This document shows positions 11,667 through 23,794 of a DNA stretch of 64,000 nt, one piece after another. Origin of the DNA: Gekko japonicus (lineage: Eukaryota); assembly GCF_001447785.1 (NCBI RefSeq), contig NW_015162497.1, positions 413,381-477,380 of the forward strand, read 5' to 3'. Both the position numbers and the translations under genes were made by a program. Under the pieces are notes generated by a model. That model saw only the letters and a list, made by a program, of their open reading frames with translations, ran no database searches and was not told where the DNA came from. Positions within the stretch are counted from its first letter, which is position 1. Every line of letters starts with the position of its first letter.

Positions 11667-12017
11667 GTAAAATAAAATTAAAAAGACAATTGAACTGACT
11701 ACTCTGGTTTGGCATTAATCCCAGTTTTCTAAACCAGTCCTAGTATGTCAAAGAAAAAAGATACTAAGTTAGAAATTGGCCTTCTCATTTCTACACATCC
11801 AACCAGTTGGCAACCATTTCCCTCAAATGGATGATCCTTGACCACGGGAAACCCTTCAGTTGTTCAGTTGCACAGGCAAAGTGTTCCCTTGGAACACTTG
11901 CTTAAATATGCATGAGTGTCAGAACATAGAAGATCCTTGCAAATTTGGACAAACCAAGGGGAAAGTTGACTTTAAATCCAGCCCTCCCTGTGTTTTGTCA
12001 ATTGCTAAAAGCAGGTT

Positions 12018-12170
12018 AAGAACGTTTGAGTCCAGTAGCACCTTTAAGACTAACAAAGTTTTATTTTAGGTATGAGCTTTCATGTGCTCAAACCTTTGTT
12101 GATCTTACAGGTGCCACTGGACTCAAACTTTGTTCTGCTGCTTCAGACCAACACTGCCACCCACCTGAAT
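12018..12170. mobile_element. Penelope-like element remnant (fold-back terminal repeat)
   Basis: TTTGAGTCCAGTAGCACCT..AACAAAG is inverted to CTTTGTT..AGGTGCCACTGGACTCAAA; 13-bp TSD CTAAAAGCAGGTT (12005-12017, 12171-12183). Confidence 0.7.
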
Positions 12171-13000
12171 CTAAAAGCAGGTTCATTCATAAAGTTTATT
12201 ATTTCCAATAAAGTGGTGGTGTTGCTTGATGTTCACCATTTAACTTGAACATTTAATCATGCTGTCTCTTGGTAGGATATGGATTATATTTAGAGATACA
12301 CTAGTGATTGGAGTTCTTCCATAGGCACTTTGACCTTTTCCTGGTCTGGATTAGTAAGTCAGCCGTCAGGACAGGTTAGGTCAGATCAGCATCTTGGGTT
12401 TGGTTTAAGAAATCACCAGTGTATCAAAATACACCCCAAGTGTTTCCTCATCTCCCCCCCCCCATGTTTATTCACACAATGCTCCTATTAACATTAACAC
12501 AATTTCAGTTAAGTCAAAGCAACATCTGCTTCAGATTCTTTTACTTTCTCTCAAACACAAAAAAAGTGTTCTTCTACAAAAGATCTAACTTAAGTAATTT
12601 GATTCTTGAAAACAAAAGGGGGAGGGGGGAAATAAAGGAAAGTTTACTTGTAACCAATATAGTTTTGTTGTAACACCAGGCAAGTGGAACAGCAGCATGA
12701 ACTCTAAAGTATCCAAGGGAGAGGAAAGTTAGCAGTCTGGGGTTATGTTCACAGGAGCAAATAGTTACACATGCAGTGATGCATGTGTTATTCAGGACAG
12801 TGTTCATTGTTTTTTCTACTGTTCACACAACCTGCAGCCGACATGTTTCCCTGGGGAGGCAGGTCATGTACTATGATATCCAACTTTTCTAATTTTTTTT
12901 TTTTTTTTGCTGCTTTCTAGACAGTTCCGATAGAGTGAGGAAAGGGGCCTTCGGGAGCAGTGGAACAGACCTCATTACTACTGTCAGTGTTGATCTGAAC

Positions 13001-13237
13001 CAGGGGTCCTCAAACTACGGCCTGCGGGCCACATGCTGCCCGCCAAAAACATTTATCTGGCCCGCCGGCAGGGCCGGCTCACCTAGGGCGCGCTGGCCCT
13101 CAGGGGCGCCAAACTGCAGATCTGTGCAGTGTGCATAGGAATTTGTTCATAGGTTTTTTAAAAAACTATAGTCCGGCCCTCCAACGGTCTGAGGGACAGT
13201 GAACTGGCCCCCTGTTTAAAAAGTTTGAGGACCCCTG
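13001..13237 (+). mobile_element. hAT-Charlie MITE, OC1/OposCharlie1-like
   Basis: TIRs CAGGGGTCCTCAAACT / AGTTTGAGGACCCCTG; 8-bp TSD ATCTGAAC; subterminal GGTCTGAGGGACAGTGAACTGGCCCCCTGTTTAAAAAG. Confidence 0.85.
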
Positions 13238-13879
13238 ATCTGAACAATCATTTTACACATTAGAGATTAGCATTATATTTATATTCTAATTTTAATTTCT
13301 CTGACAGGGAGAATACAGATTAGGACTGAATGACTTCTGCTCCACCCTGGTTGCTATTTCCTGATATGTTAAAGACAAAAGTAGTGCAATATAATCAGTT
13401 TAAAATACAATCATTGCAAGTACTGCATTTTTTACTTTTCAGAAATTGCCAGTTACATTACATACATTCCATAAAACTGCATTAATTGTTGTTGGTGAGG
13501 AGGTGAGACATCTTTTGATGTAAAAGGCTGAGGTGAAAGCTTATAGTGAGGCTCTGTCCCCATCTGGGTTGATTGCAGATGCACCCCACACCATAACTGA
13601 GCTTGAAGCTGAGGATGTGTAGTGGTGCTCCTGAATGTATTAATAGTAGGATTCTTATATTAATTTATTTATTGTATTTATATCCCACCCATCCTGCCAG
13701 TGGGTTCAGGGCAGGTAGCATCATGTTACAATAAATACAATTTTAAAAAAATTAAAAAATATAAACATTAAAATTAGTGGTTACAACTTAACAGCAGAAA
13801 TCACCTGGCTATGAGAGATTCTGGCCCATTGGTACAGATGAATAATGGCCGGTTATCAGTGGTTGAGTGACAGCAAGCT

Positions 13880-13992
13880 CTAACCTACCTTACTGGGTTG
13901 TTGTGAAGATAAAATGAAAGAGAGGAGAACAATGCAAGCCACTTTGGGTCCCCACTGGGGATGAAGATGGGTTTTAAGTGAAGTAAATAAAT
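13880..13992 (+). mobile_element. 3' half of an older Squam3/MIR-type SINE
   Basis: CTAACCTACCTTACTGGGTTGTTGTGAAGATAAAATG...(TAAA)n. Confidence 0.65.
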
Positions 13993-15277
13993 AAGACATA
14001 GATGTTACCACTTATTACCTTTCAATATGTATGGTGTATTGCTTTATCCATAGATACTCATCTTTGGGTACCCATACAGAGCAAGCATAAAAGACACTGC
14101 AGGATGCAAATCACTGACTACAGCAGCATTATCATGTAGCTGATTAATCTTTCTGCAACAGCTTGAATGTTGTCATCTTGTCTTAATTGAATGTTGCTGA
14201 TGTTGTATCACACCCACTAGTGGTATGAACAAAATGAAAGTGGCAGTGCATTACCCAGATTCAGTTTTGCAGAGTTCTTAGCTAATAGATACAATCTGGC
14301 AGGTAATGTTCTCTCCTCCCCCCCAACCAGGCTTCAGTGGAATGTTTCTGTTTTGGATCTGCATAGATTGCAAATAGTGCAAGTAATTTTGAAATCTCAC
14401 TAATAATTTCCACATGATCAATATGACCAGCCATCTGAATGGCACTGAATGAATATTATATGTAACATGATCATCTACTTTGCTTAATATGAAGGTCAGT
14501 GTCATTCATGGGAGATAGCAAAGCTGTTACAAACCTTTACTTCATCGTACTGCTGAGCAGTTTGAATGCCACTTTGTCATCAAACAATGTCACCTGAGTT
14601 TAGTTTAGTTCACACAGATTCAGAAGTGTACCTTAATCATTTTTTGTTCACAATGTCATTGGATGAAAGCCTCCCAGATGCACCCCAGTCCTTTTATGCT
14701 TGTGACGGCGATAAGTAGCTTCAGTCTCTTTCCTCCTCATGCACCATTTTTGTGTCTGCAAACTGCCCTGTGGAGCTCTGTTGCAAAACTTATACCTAGC
14801 CACATATGTGAAATGATTTTCTCAATGGTACCAATAGTGGCTTAACAAGGCTGACAACATGAAAGTAGCATAAAGTGTATGTTTGAAGCTCCGTCTCCCC
14901 ATGTGCCATGGCCACAAGGAGGAAGGGGGGTGTATGTGTCTAAGAGTCACAGAACTCCAGGTGTATGTGAAATACAAAGCCCTTGTGTAAAATGTGAGGG
15001 TTTTGCAAAGTGAAGAATGACCCTGTACAATGACATGGAGCTCGATACACACAGGATACAGATACAGGGGAACAGGGACAGATAAAACGTTACTTCACAA
15101 ATTTATTATTTTAAAAATCTGGTTTGCCCTTTGGGGACTGCAGGTGGAGTGGAAGAGTTGCTCATTGCCCGATTCTCCATATCAGAAACTCCCTGCGTAT
15201 AGTATAGTGGCACTGGAAAGAAAAGGCTGCTCAAGAATTCATGTATAAGGTTTCATTCAGCCAATACTGCAACTGGG

Positions 15278-15485
15278 AAGGGGTTGTGCCTCAGTAGGAA
15301 AGCATCTGCTTTGCATGCAGAAGGTCTCAGGATCGATCACAGTCATCCCCACTTAAAAGGATCGGGTAATAAGAAATATGAAGGGCCTCAGCCTGAGACC
15401 CTGGACAGCTGCTGCCAGTCAAAATAGACAATAATGACTTGATAGACCAATGGTGGGACTCAGTGTGATATCTTCATAAGTTCAC
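15278..15485 (+). mobile_element. Squam2-like SINE
   Basis: tRNA head plus CCTGAGACCCTGGACAGCTGCTGCCAGTC..AGACAAT tail. Confidence 0.7.
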
Positions 15486-15998
15486 CTATATATGGATCAT
15501 TAGAATGCAAGTGTAGCATATGCCTGTATTGTCATAACATGGCATTTCAGCATTACACACATCAGTGACTGTGACCCAATGTAGACTTTAATGTTTAAAT
15601 CAGACCTAAAAGTACTTAATAGGAGAAAATAAAATAAATATAACAGAGTCTGTGTTAGGCACACTGGTATGTATGAAAAGCCTGATCATGAGCAAGGAAG
15701 CCTATTTTTGAAATTATTATTTCTCGTTAGGAGTCCACTAGGAGACGCACACAATAGTGGTCTGGAAAGGGGGGGGACTTGTGCCTAATGGCATACATTA
15801 TATTTTAAAGGCTGAAAAATTGCAAAACTATTTCAAGTATTACTTGTAAGCAGATGTGTCATAAACGTATTAGGTTTGTGAGTAGCTGCTGATTTCTCTC
15901 CCCCCCCCCCCAATTAGGCTTTAGAAATGGTGGTAAAATAATCAAACTGAATTGCACTTTTTTAAAGTGTGATGGCAAAACTTGTTCCCTTCTCCCTT

Positions 15999-16145
15999 TT
16001 GTTGTTGTTGTTCAGTCACACAGTCGAGTCCAACTCTTCGCGACCCCATGGACAAGATCACGCCAGGCCCGCCTGTCTTCTGCCGTCTTCGTTGCATCCA
16101 TGACACTGTCCAACCATCTCATCCTTTGCTGTCCCCGTCTTCTTT
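15999..16145 (-). mobile_element. Bov-B (RTE) LINE 3' end
   Basis: (GTT)n + CAGTCACACAGTCGAGTCCAACTCTTCGCGACCCCATGGAC...TCCAACCATCTCATCCT, the characteristic BovB 3' terminus. Confidence 0.8.
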
Positions 16146-16207
16146 AACCTTCAAACAGAGGGTTAACTCCATAACTGTCACAGATATTCTTAGGTGTTAT
16201 TTATAAT

Positions 16208-16602
16208 CAGGGCTTTTTTTTGTAGAAAAAGCCCAGCAGGAACTCATTAGCATAATAGGCCAAACCCAGCAGCAGAAACTCATTAGCATATTAGGTCACA
16301 CGCCTGACAGCACAGCTCATTAGCATATTAGGCCTCCATGTTGCCAGAAGTGTGGTTATCCAGCCACACCCACCTTTTGCTTCTTATTCTGATTACCTTG
16401 TTTGTTGTCAAAACCCAGGGCCTTTTTTTTTGTAGCAGGAACCCCTTTGCATGTTAGGCCAAACACCCCTAATGTAGCCAGTCCTAATGAGTTTCTGCTG
16501 TTGGGTGTGGCCTATTATGCTAATGAGTTCCTGCTGGGCGTGGCCAACTCAGGACCGAGCCGGAACTCCGTTCCTGTGCGTTCCTGCCCAAAATTAGCCC
16601 TG
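16208..16602. mobile_element. hAT MITE with a second internal left end at about 16417
   Basis: CAGGGCT...AGCCCTG termini; 8-bp TSD TTTATAAT; repeated CTCATTAGCAT/ATGCTAATGAG motifs. Confidence 0.85.
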
Positions 16603-17095
16603 TTTATAATAAAAAGGGTGAAATTAAAACAAAACAAAACACCTCTGTTCCCCAGGGTTCTTGTTTCCTTTCCAGTGCAGCTTCATGCACTCCCCTGAAA
16701 GTTACGTTCAGGAGCAAAGTACAATGTAAGAGTAAAATGCTGCAGAAAGAAGGAGAACCAGTGGAAATCACTCCAAGTGACATTCACATACATTTTATAC
16801 TAAACATAATCCTCTTGTGGTGAATTCTTCTTTCTTGCTGCAGCTGGCTTGTGTCACTGTGCCACTTCCTGATTATTGTCTTACCTTCAAGAGGAGTTTT
16901 GAGGGCTGAACTGAGAAGTAGATGACAAGAAAGATATTTTCTTCAAACTTGTCCCATTTCCATGAGGGTTGGATTCAACCCAAGAATTTCCCAGAGTGAT
17001 GGCTTAATGCGTGTGCATTAGTCATGTAGTGTGTTAACATTCCATTCATTTTTATTACATTTAATTTCTTTGTAGCTGTTTGTGGTGTTCTTACT

Positions 17096-17251
17096 NNNNN
17101 NNNNNNNNNNNNNNNNNNNNNNNNNNNNNNNNNNNNNNNNNNNNNNNNNNNNNNNNNNNNNNNNNNNNNNNNNNNNNNNNNNNNNNNNNNNNNNNNNNNN
17201 NNNNNNNNNNNNNNNNNNNNNNNNNNNNNNNNNNNNNNNNNNNNNNNNNNN
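17096..17251. other. Assembly gap
   Basis: N run. Confidence 1.
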
Positions 17252-18216
17252 CTTACTTGGCTGCTGGCAAGGGGGATGCTAGTATGTCGGGCACACAATA
17301 GGTGCTGTTATTGCACTGGGCACATCATGCAGGGGATGCTCTAGCATTTTGGGGGGGGAACCTCTGTGGTCACCTTAGAGTTTTAACCCAAATGCTAATG
17401 ACCCGTGCATGAAGTGGCCGGCACAATTATGTCACCTCCAGGTGGGCTCTTTGGGGCTCTTTGCGAGCAGGGCTTCCCTCCCAGTCAGCAAGTTGTCGGT
17501 GGATTGGGCCCCCCAAAAGAAGGGGAAATCCCACCCTTATCGGGGGAATGGCAACCCTCATCCATCCATCCATCCATCCATTCATGAAAGTACACAATTG
17601 TTTGCTTATTGTGGGACAGGGTATATGGCTATGGGTGTGTGGTTATGCTTCTAATTATACAGACAAATGCAGTCTGCTGCACTGGTTCAGTCTGCATTTT
17701 TAGCACAAAGCTTTGGAGATGAATAAAGCTGCTATATCACATCAACTGATACTTATCCTATGTTGCTATCTTTCTTTGGCGCTCTTCCAAAACATACTGA
17801 GAGAGATGAAGGCATTGGTAAAAACAAATTGCAAATAATATAAAGTAGAATTCTGAAAACAAACATAGCATATACAAAAGAAACAGGAAACAGGTGGTTG
17901 TAGATGGAAAATTCTGATATTATTGAACGTTTTCATGCAGCTTGCTAGTACAGTGTTTATAATTATGGTATTTCCATTCCTTGAAATGTTAAAAGGGGAA
18001 GTCTGAAGTCTTCTTCCAATATAATGTCTACTAATTGTATCTAGTGCAAGGGGCTAGTTTTTAAGCTAAATGGTTTAAGCTAAATGGGTTTTTAATACCC
18101 ATTCTGACAAGAGTTCTAAAACTCAGGAATAGGGGTTAGGGCAAAGTGATCTGTCTTAGTTGGTGACAGTTTACAAGGACTCTCCTATACCTCTTTCTCT
18201 GTGCTGCTACAATCAT

Positions 18217-18387
18217 GGTTGCCAGCTCTGAGTTGGGAAATAGCTGGAGATTTGGGAGGTGGATGTTGGGAAGGGTGGGGTTTGTGGAGGGGAGGAAACT
18301 CAATAGAGTATGATGCTATAGAGTCCCTTCCAAAGCAGCCATTTTCTCCAGGCGAACTGATCTCTGTCACCTTGAGATTAGTTATAA
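18217..18387 (+). mobile_element. TAGGGTTGCC-type MITE (hAT-like), interrupted by a Helitron
   Basis: GGTTGCCAG...GCTATAGAGTCCCTTCCAAAGCAGCCATTTTCTCCAGG; same family as 22422-22609. Confidence 0.7.
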
Positions 18388-18804
18388 CAAGGGGTGGACC
18401 CACGGTACTCGCAGAGCTCCAAACGGATGTCCAAAGTCAGAAGGCGGAGGAGGAAGCAGGAGGAGGAGGTAAGTCCCCCCCATCCTGCCGGTTCCTCCCC
18501 CACCCCCCCTGCTCGATCTCCCCCCTCTGCCTTCCCCCGGCTTCGAAGCGACTCGCTGCCCTTCCCGCCACCCCCTGCCTCCGAAGCGAGTCCCCCCCCA
18601 CCCCGGCACCCATGGCAAGGCCTGACGCCTCGTCCTCCGCCATCATCATCCCCATCCTGCTGGTTCCTGCCCTGTCTTTCCCCCCGCGCTCTTTCTCCCC
18701 CCTCTTGCCTTCCCCCCCGGCTCCGAAGCGAGGGCCGAGCGGAGCAAACGAATAGCTGTCTCAAAAGGAAGGAATATGAAATACCAGTTATAAGGGACTG
18801 AGGT
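18388..18804 (-). mobile_element. 3' part of a CTTG-family Helitron (runs into the gap)
   Basis: Minus strand ends CTGCGAGTACCGTGGG-TCCACCCCTTG|T; body matches 49720-49895 (CATCCTGCCGGTTCCTCCCC, GCTCGATCTCC). Confidence 0.75.
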
Positions 18805-18941
18805 NNNNNNNNNNNNNNNNNNNNNNNNNNNNNNNNNNNNNNNNNNNNNNNNNNNNNNNNNNNNNNNNNNNNNNNNNNNNNNNNNNNNNNNNNNNNNNNN
18901 NNNNNNNNNNNNNNNNNNNNNNNNNNNNNNNNNNNNNNNNN
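18805..18941. other. Assembly gap
   Basis: N run. Confidence 1.
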
Positions 18942-19339
18942 AGTCGATGCGGTCGTTCAAGTGCATTAGTAGGGCCGGGTACGTTTTAAAGAGAAAAGAT
19001 GGGGAGGAGGCTTAAAATCCCACCAGAGCAAAAGGACGTGAAAAGCCGAGGAAGAAGCAGGCCGGCTGTGGTGACTGAGGATTCGGGTACGGCTTTTTAA
19101 AAAGGATAATGGCTAAACTGGGGGGGTCTGTTTGTGTCAATAGGCTTTTCTTTGCCTGCCGGAAGCCCCACCTCCTCACTCCCACCCACCCACATCAACT
19201 GGACGTATGATCTGAACAGTCTGTCCGACACAGGCTACTGGGAAAGGGGAGATAGGGGCCCTGCAAAAGTAGGGAAGTCCCAGACTTCATAGATGGCAGA
19301 GAAACCTGGTTAAAAAGACGATTCATGAGCTATAGAACT

Positions 19340-19970
19340 CCAGCCGCCTAAGGAATCCATGCAGCTTGCTGGTGCTGAGCTCACTGGTTTCTGAGTAAAC
19401 CTCCATGAACACAGCCAGCGGGGTTTACTTCGAAGTAAAACGCGTATGGGCTTGAACTTCAGGGAACTCCAGGGGAATGTGCGGGATGGGTGTGTGGAGG
19501 GGAAATGCCTCCCCTCCCCCTCCCCACATAGGTAGTGCCCCCCGCCCCGCCCGCCCCTTTCTACTGGACCGACGCCACTCACATGATTTTCTGTGCCTGC
19601 GGCTGCAGCAGGTGGATTGGGGTTGGGGATGGTTAGTTGCTCGCCTGGACAGCCAACCCGGAAGACACAGCCAGAGAGAGGGAGGGGGGGGGGGAGACAG
19701 AGTGTGTGTCTGACGCCACTCGTCATACGTGTTTCTATTTCTGTACCTGACTTCGCCCGCTTGTTGGAAGACTGCGAGGGGGCTGCAGCGGCGGCAGCGG
19801 CAGTAGCTTGGCCATCCGCGCAGCCCGATCGGGCCCCCTCCAGTCCGACTCGCTTTCCTTGGCTGCCGCTCCTCCCTGCCTGTTCAATCCCCCCTCCCCG
19901 TCTCTCTCCCTTCCTCCAATGCTGGCACTGAGGAGCCGTCTTGTGCTGCCGCCGCCGCCGCCACTGTAAA
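19340..19970. promoter_or_regulatory. CpG island, probable promoter or first exon
   Basis: High GC and CpG without repeat similarity; GC-box cluster at about 19538-19557, GACGCCACTC twice (19571, 19712), (GCC)n at about 19947-19962. Confidence 0.65.
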
Positions 19971-21472
19971 CTGTGCATTTGAAATAAAGTAGTGTTATAA
20001 GTGTTATGTCAAGGAGCAACAGTAGGCTTCAAATTATCTAATTCTTCAGATTATATAGAGCCAGTACCTGGCAAACAACTACATGGGCCTACAGAGGTAT
20101 TCAGATACTTTTAGTTTCATCCTGTCTCTTACCTTCTGTGTACCTTGTCAATTAACACAAAGCAATTAAACTGTCCATAATTATCCCAAATAGCTGGTTT
20201 CTGGGCGTTTGCCAAACAGCACATTTTTACAATTGCTTACACTTCAAATACAGCAATCATCAGTGGTTATTTAAAATGTATTGGACAACAATTAGTAATT
20301 CACATGCTTGTTTGTTTTGGAGAGCAGCAAATAATTCATTACAATACAGAGCCCATCCTCTCCCATTATACAGCTAGACCACAACTGGGGGGTTCCATAG
20401 ATTATTACCAGTGGAGTCACTTGAAGGGGCTTTTAGGAAGGAGAAACAACTGCCTGCCGTAATATTATTTAAACATAATTTCTGGTAATGGATAGTTTAA
20501 AAAATCATGGATAAAAATGCACAATAAATAATACAGAAGGGAGTAGATCATTCATTTTAGCATGGCTCCATGGAGACTTGGTGACTTGGATTAGACTTCA
20601 TTTGGCACACAGCCATGTTTTGTTTTTGCAAATTATATTCTGGTTCATTATGAAATTGAACTATTTTATGTCATTTACTGAACTTGTTTGTGTAAAATGA
20701 TGGGAATCTTCTTGCTGCACTGGCAAGAATTGGATGAAAAGACCATGATAAGAAAACAAAACTAACTAACAAACTAAAAACAAATAGAAACAAACATACC
20801 TTATCCTTGACTAGCTTGAAATACTTCAGGTTAGCTCAGTGGAAAGAGCTGAAAGGTTTGTGGCTCGGATTAACCATATTATTTGGCGGAAATGTTATTT
20901 AGGTGATAAACAATGTAAATGAATATGTTGGTTCCCTTTCAGAACTGTATTTGCATTCTAATTTGTATTGTTTGCAAGTTCTACCAGTAATGATAATACC
21001 ACCCTAGCCATAGGAAATAATGTGTATGCAACTACATGTGTGGCATTCTGGCTTTATGATTTGCACATTTATGCACATGCGTATCCTACACAGACAGATT
21101 TCCTGATTCATTTTGCATTGATCATTTTATCCATGCAGAACTATTCTTTCACTGTAGTCTAATGTACAAGGTTGAATGATATATCTAGAAATAATACTTT
21201 TAGATAATTGATTGCTTATTCTGCTTCTGTGTGGCTTGTGGGCTGTGATAAAGTTTGCCTGGCTGGCTATTGTAGTCAGTGTGGAAAATGTTTCAAATAG
21301 TAGCACCTCCATAGGGACATCATTAGTGTACCTCTAAAATATGCTTGATTAAAGTGCTCATTGGTGTAATAAGATTGTTCTTGCCAAGTTATTTTATGTC
21401 AAGTGGCTGTTCTTTGGACATGTTGATTAAGATTTTGATTTGTGCATAGCACAATCCATATTGTCTGTAACT

Positions 21473-21783
21473 TAGGGCTGCCAGGTGCCTTCTTCCTGCT
21501 GGCATGGGGCTTTGGGAGTGGTTCATGTGGTGGGCGGGGGTGTTACTGACATGCTGATTTCACTGCCGAACGTGATATCTGTGCAAAACTCTACGGTAAA
21601 AATGGCTATAAACCATAGAGTTTTCCCCAAAAAGTAGGGTGTCGCTGCCGACACAAAGACGTCACTTGCAGAAGTGAGGTCAGTGTGTGGGCGATGTCAC
21701 GAGGGGATGTCTGGTGGTGCGGCAGGCTGGAGCCCACAAAAGCATGTGATCCCTTGCCCCCCACTTGGGGACTGGCAAGCCTA
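21473..21783. mobile_element. MITE with TAGGGCTGCCAG / CTGGCAAGCCTA termini
   Basis: Terminal inverted repeat plus internal AAAACTCTACGGT / ACCATAGAGTTTT palindrome; related fragment at about 17260-17558. Confidence 0.6.
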
Positions 21784-22057
21784 CTGTAACTTGAACACAA
21801 TAGTGAAAATATTTGGAACAGTTTCAGTACATTGTTATTAATAATTATGTGATCACATCATGGCATGCCACTGACTTATGAATATTCTAGAGCTGTGCTG
21901 ATGTAGCCCTAGAAAACCATCTGTGTGCAAGTTATCGGGGGTCTGCAGTTGGGTATTGCTGGCCCTGAAAGTTGTCTGATTTACCCAGCATTAGATCAAG
22001 TAGGCTGTAACTGAAGCACTCAAAGCCTCCCTGGAATGACTGCCAGATTTGGTAACA

Positions 22058-23794
22058 TCTCTATATAATAATCCTTTTAGCATACTGGCTGTTTCCAGCT
22101 CTCCCATTGGCTGTGTTGTGCACTCCATCAGCCATTGGCCCATCAGCAGCCACTCAAGAGTACTCGCATGCCATTGGCTGGGTGCTGGATCTGCTCCTCC
22201 TCCCTGCCCACTCCCACTTCAGCCACTGTTCCCTGTCAGAATAACTGGCAAACGGCTCTCTCTCCTGACAAAGACACTTCTCCTGCATGGCTCCTCTGTG
22301 GGACAAACTTTTCCCTCAGTGGCTGTTGGTAGGCAACCAAGCTTGGTTTTGTCAGTAAAAAGACAAAGGAAGGAAACCTTTTCCAGGCCTTTGTGAGGAA
22401 CTCATTGGGGCCAGTCCTGACTAGGGTTGCCAGCTCCAGGTTGGGAAATTCCTGGATATTCTGTGTCTAAGGAAGTCAGAGTTTGGGGAGGGGAGAGGCC
22501 TCAGAATGCCATAGAGCCCACCCTCCAAAGCAGTTATTTTATCCAGGGGGATGAGTTCAGTTGTGATACTTGGCGATCTTCAGGTTCCACCTGGAGGTTG
22601 GCTACCCTAGGCATAGCAGTTAGCACTTCAGAGCAGGGTCTGCCAGACCCAGGTTCTTGCTGTGGAAACTGTGATTTTGGACCAGTCACAGACTTTCAGC
22701 ATAACCCCCTTCCCCGTGCACTGTCAGCTTGGCCACTTTACTGTCAGAATAAACAACTAGGCAACCAAGCTTGGTTCTGTCAGTAAAACATGGTTGTTGT
22801 AGAAATCAAAAGCGGGAGAGGAGAATGATGTAAGCTGCTTTGGTCCCATTGCAGAGAAAAAACTGTACTTTTCCTCCTGGGGAACCATTGTTGCCAAACT
22901 CCAGGTGATGGCTGGGGATCACTCAGAATTGCAACTTCTCTCCAGATGGGAGAGATCAGTTCCCCTGGAGAAAATGGTGGACTGTGTCCTTATATCCTGC
23001 TGAGATGGCCCTCCTATGACAGCCAATGTGGCATAGCAGTCAGGGCTTCAGAGTAGAGGCTGCAGGCGTGGAGGGGAGATGGAAAGCTGAAGAATGAGGG
23101 GCAGATAATGGGAGGTTGATGATTGGCTGGGAAGGAGATAGGGTTGCCAACTCCAGGTTGGGAAATTCCTGGAGATTTGAGGGGTGGAGCCTGGAGAGAG
23201 TGAGGTTTTAGGCGTGATGGGACCTCAGACAGGTACAGTGCCATAGACTTCACCCTCCAAACCAGCCATTTCCTCTTGGGGAACCTTTGTTGCCAATCCC
23301 CAGATGAGCGGTGGAGATCACTCAGAATTACAACTGATCTCCAGGAGGGAGGGGGGAGGAGATGGAAAGCTGAACTCAGAGGGCCAGATAAAGGTAAGTT
23401 GATGGCTGGCTGGCTGGCTGGGAGATAGGGTTTCCACCTCCAGGTTGGGAAATTCCTGGAAATTTGAGGGGTGGAGCCTGGAGAAGGTGGGGTTTGAGGA
23501 GGGGGGGCCCTCACAGGTACAATGCCATAAACTCCACCCTCCAAACCAGCTCTTTCCTCCTGGGAAACCATTGTTGCCAATGTCCAGGTGAGGGGTGGGG
23601 AATCACTCAAAATTACAACTGTTCTTCAGGTAGGAGAGATCAGTTCCTCTGGAAAAAATGGTGGACTCTGTGTCATTATATGCTGCTGAGGTCGCCAGAT
23701 CAAATTGATGCCTAGTGCCCAAAGCCGGGGCACCCACCCAGAGCCTCTTTCTAGAGCTCGTTGTATTTATTTCCACAACGAGCCTTATTCCTAG
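22058..23794 (+). mobile_element. Non-autonomous Helitron (CTAG end) carrying MITE and SINE cargo
   Basis: A|TCTCTATATAATAATCC start; hairpin GCTCGTTG..CAACGAGC, then CTTATTCCTAG|T. Interior: MITE 22422-22609, Squam3/MIR-type SINE at about 22610-22860, and tandemly repeated linker-MITE units to about 23700. Confidence 0.75.

Noticed and set aside
18201-18801. Cluster of overlapping Pro/Gly-rich ORFs (also at 49133-50023 and 7521-8045)
   Set aside because: They lie in GC-rich MITE or Helitron sequence.
19310-19978. 222-aa ORF over the CpG island
   Set aside because: Low-complexity, stop-poor GC-rich DNA is open in several frames; no domain is recognisable.
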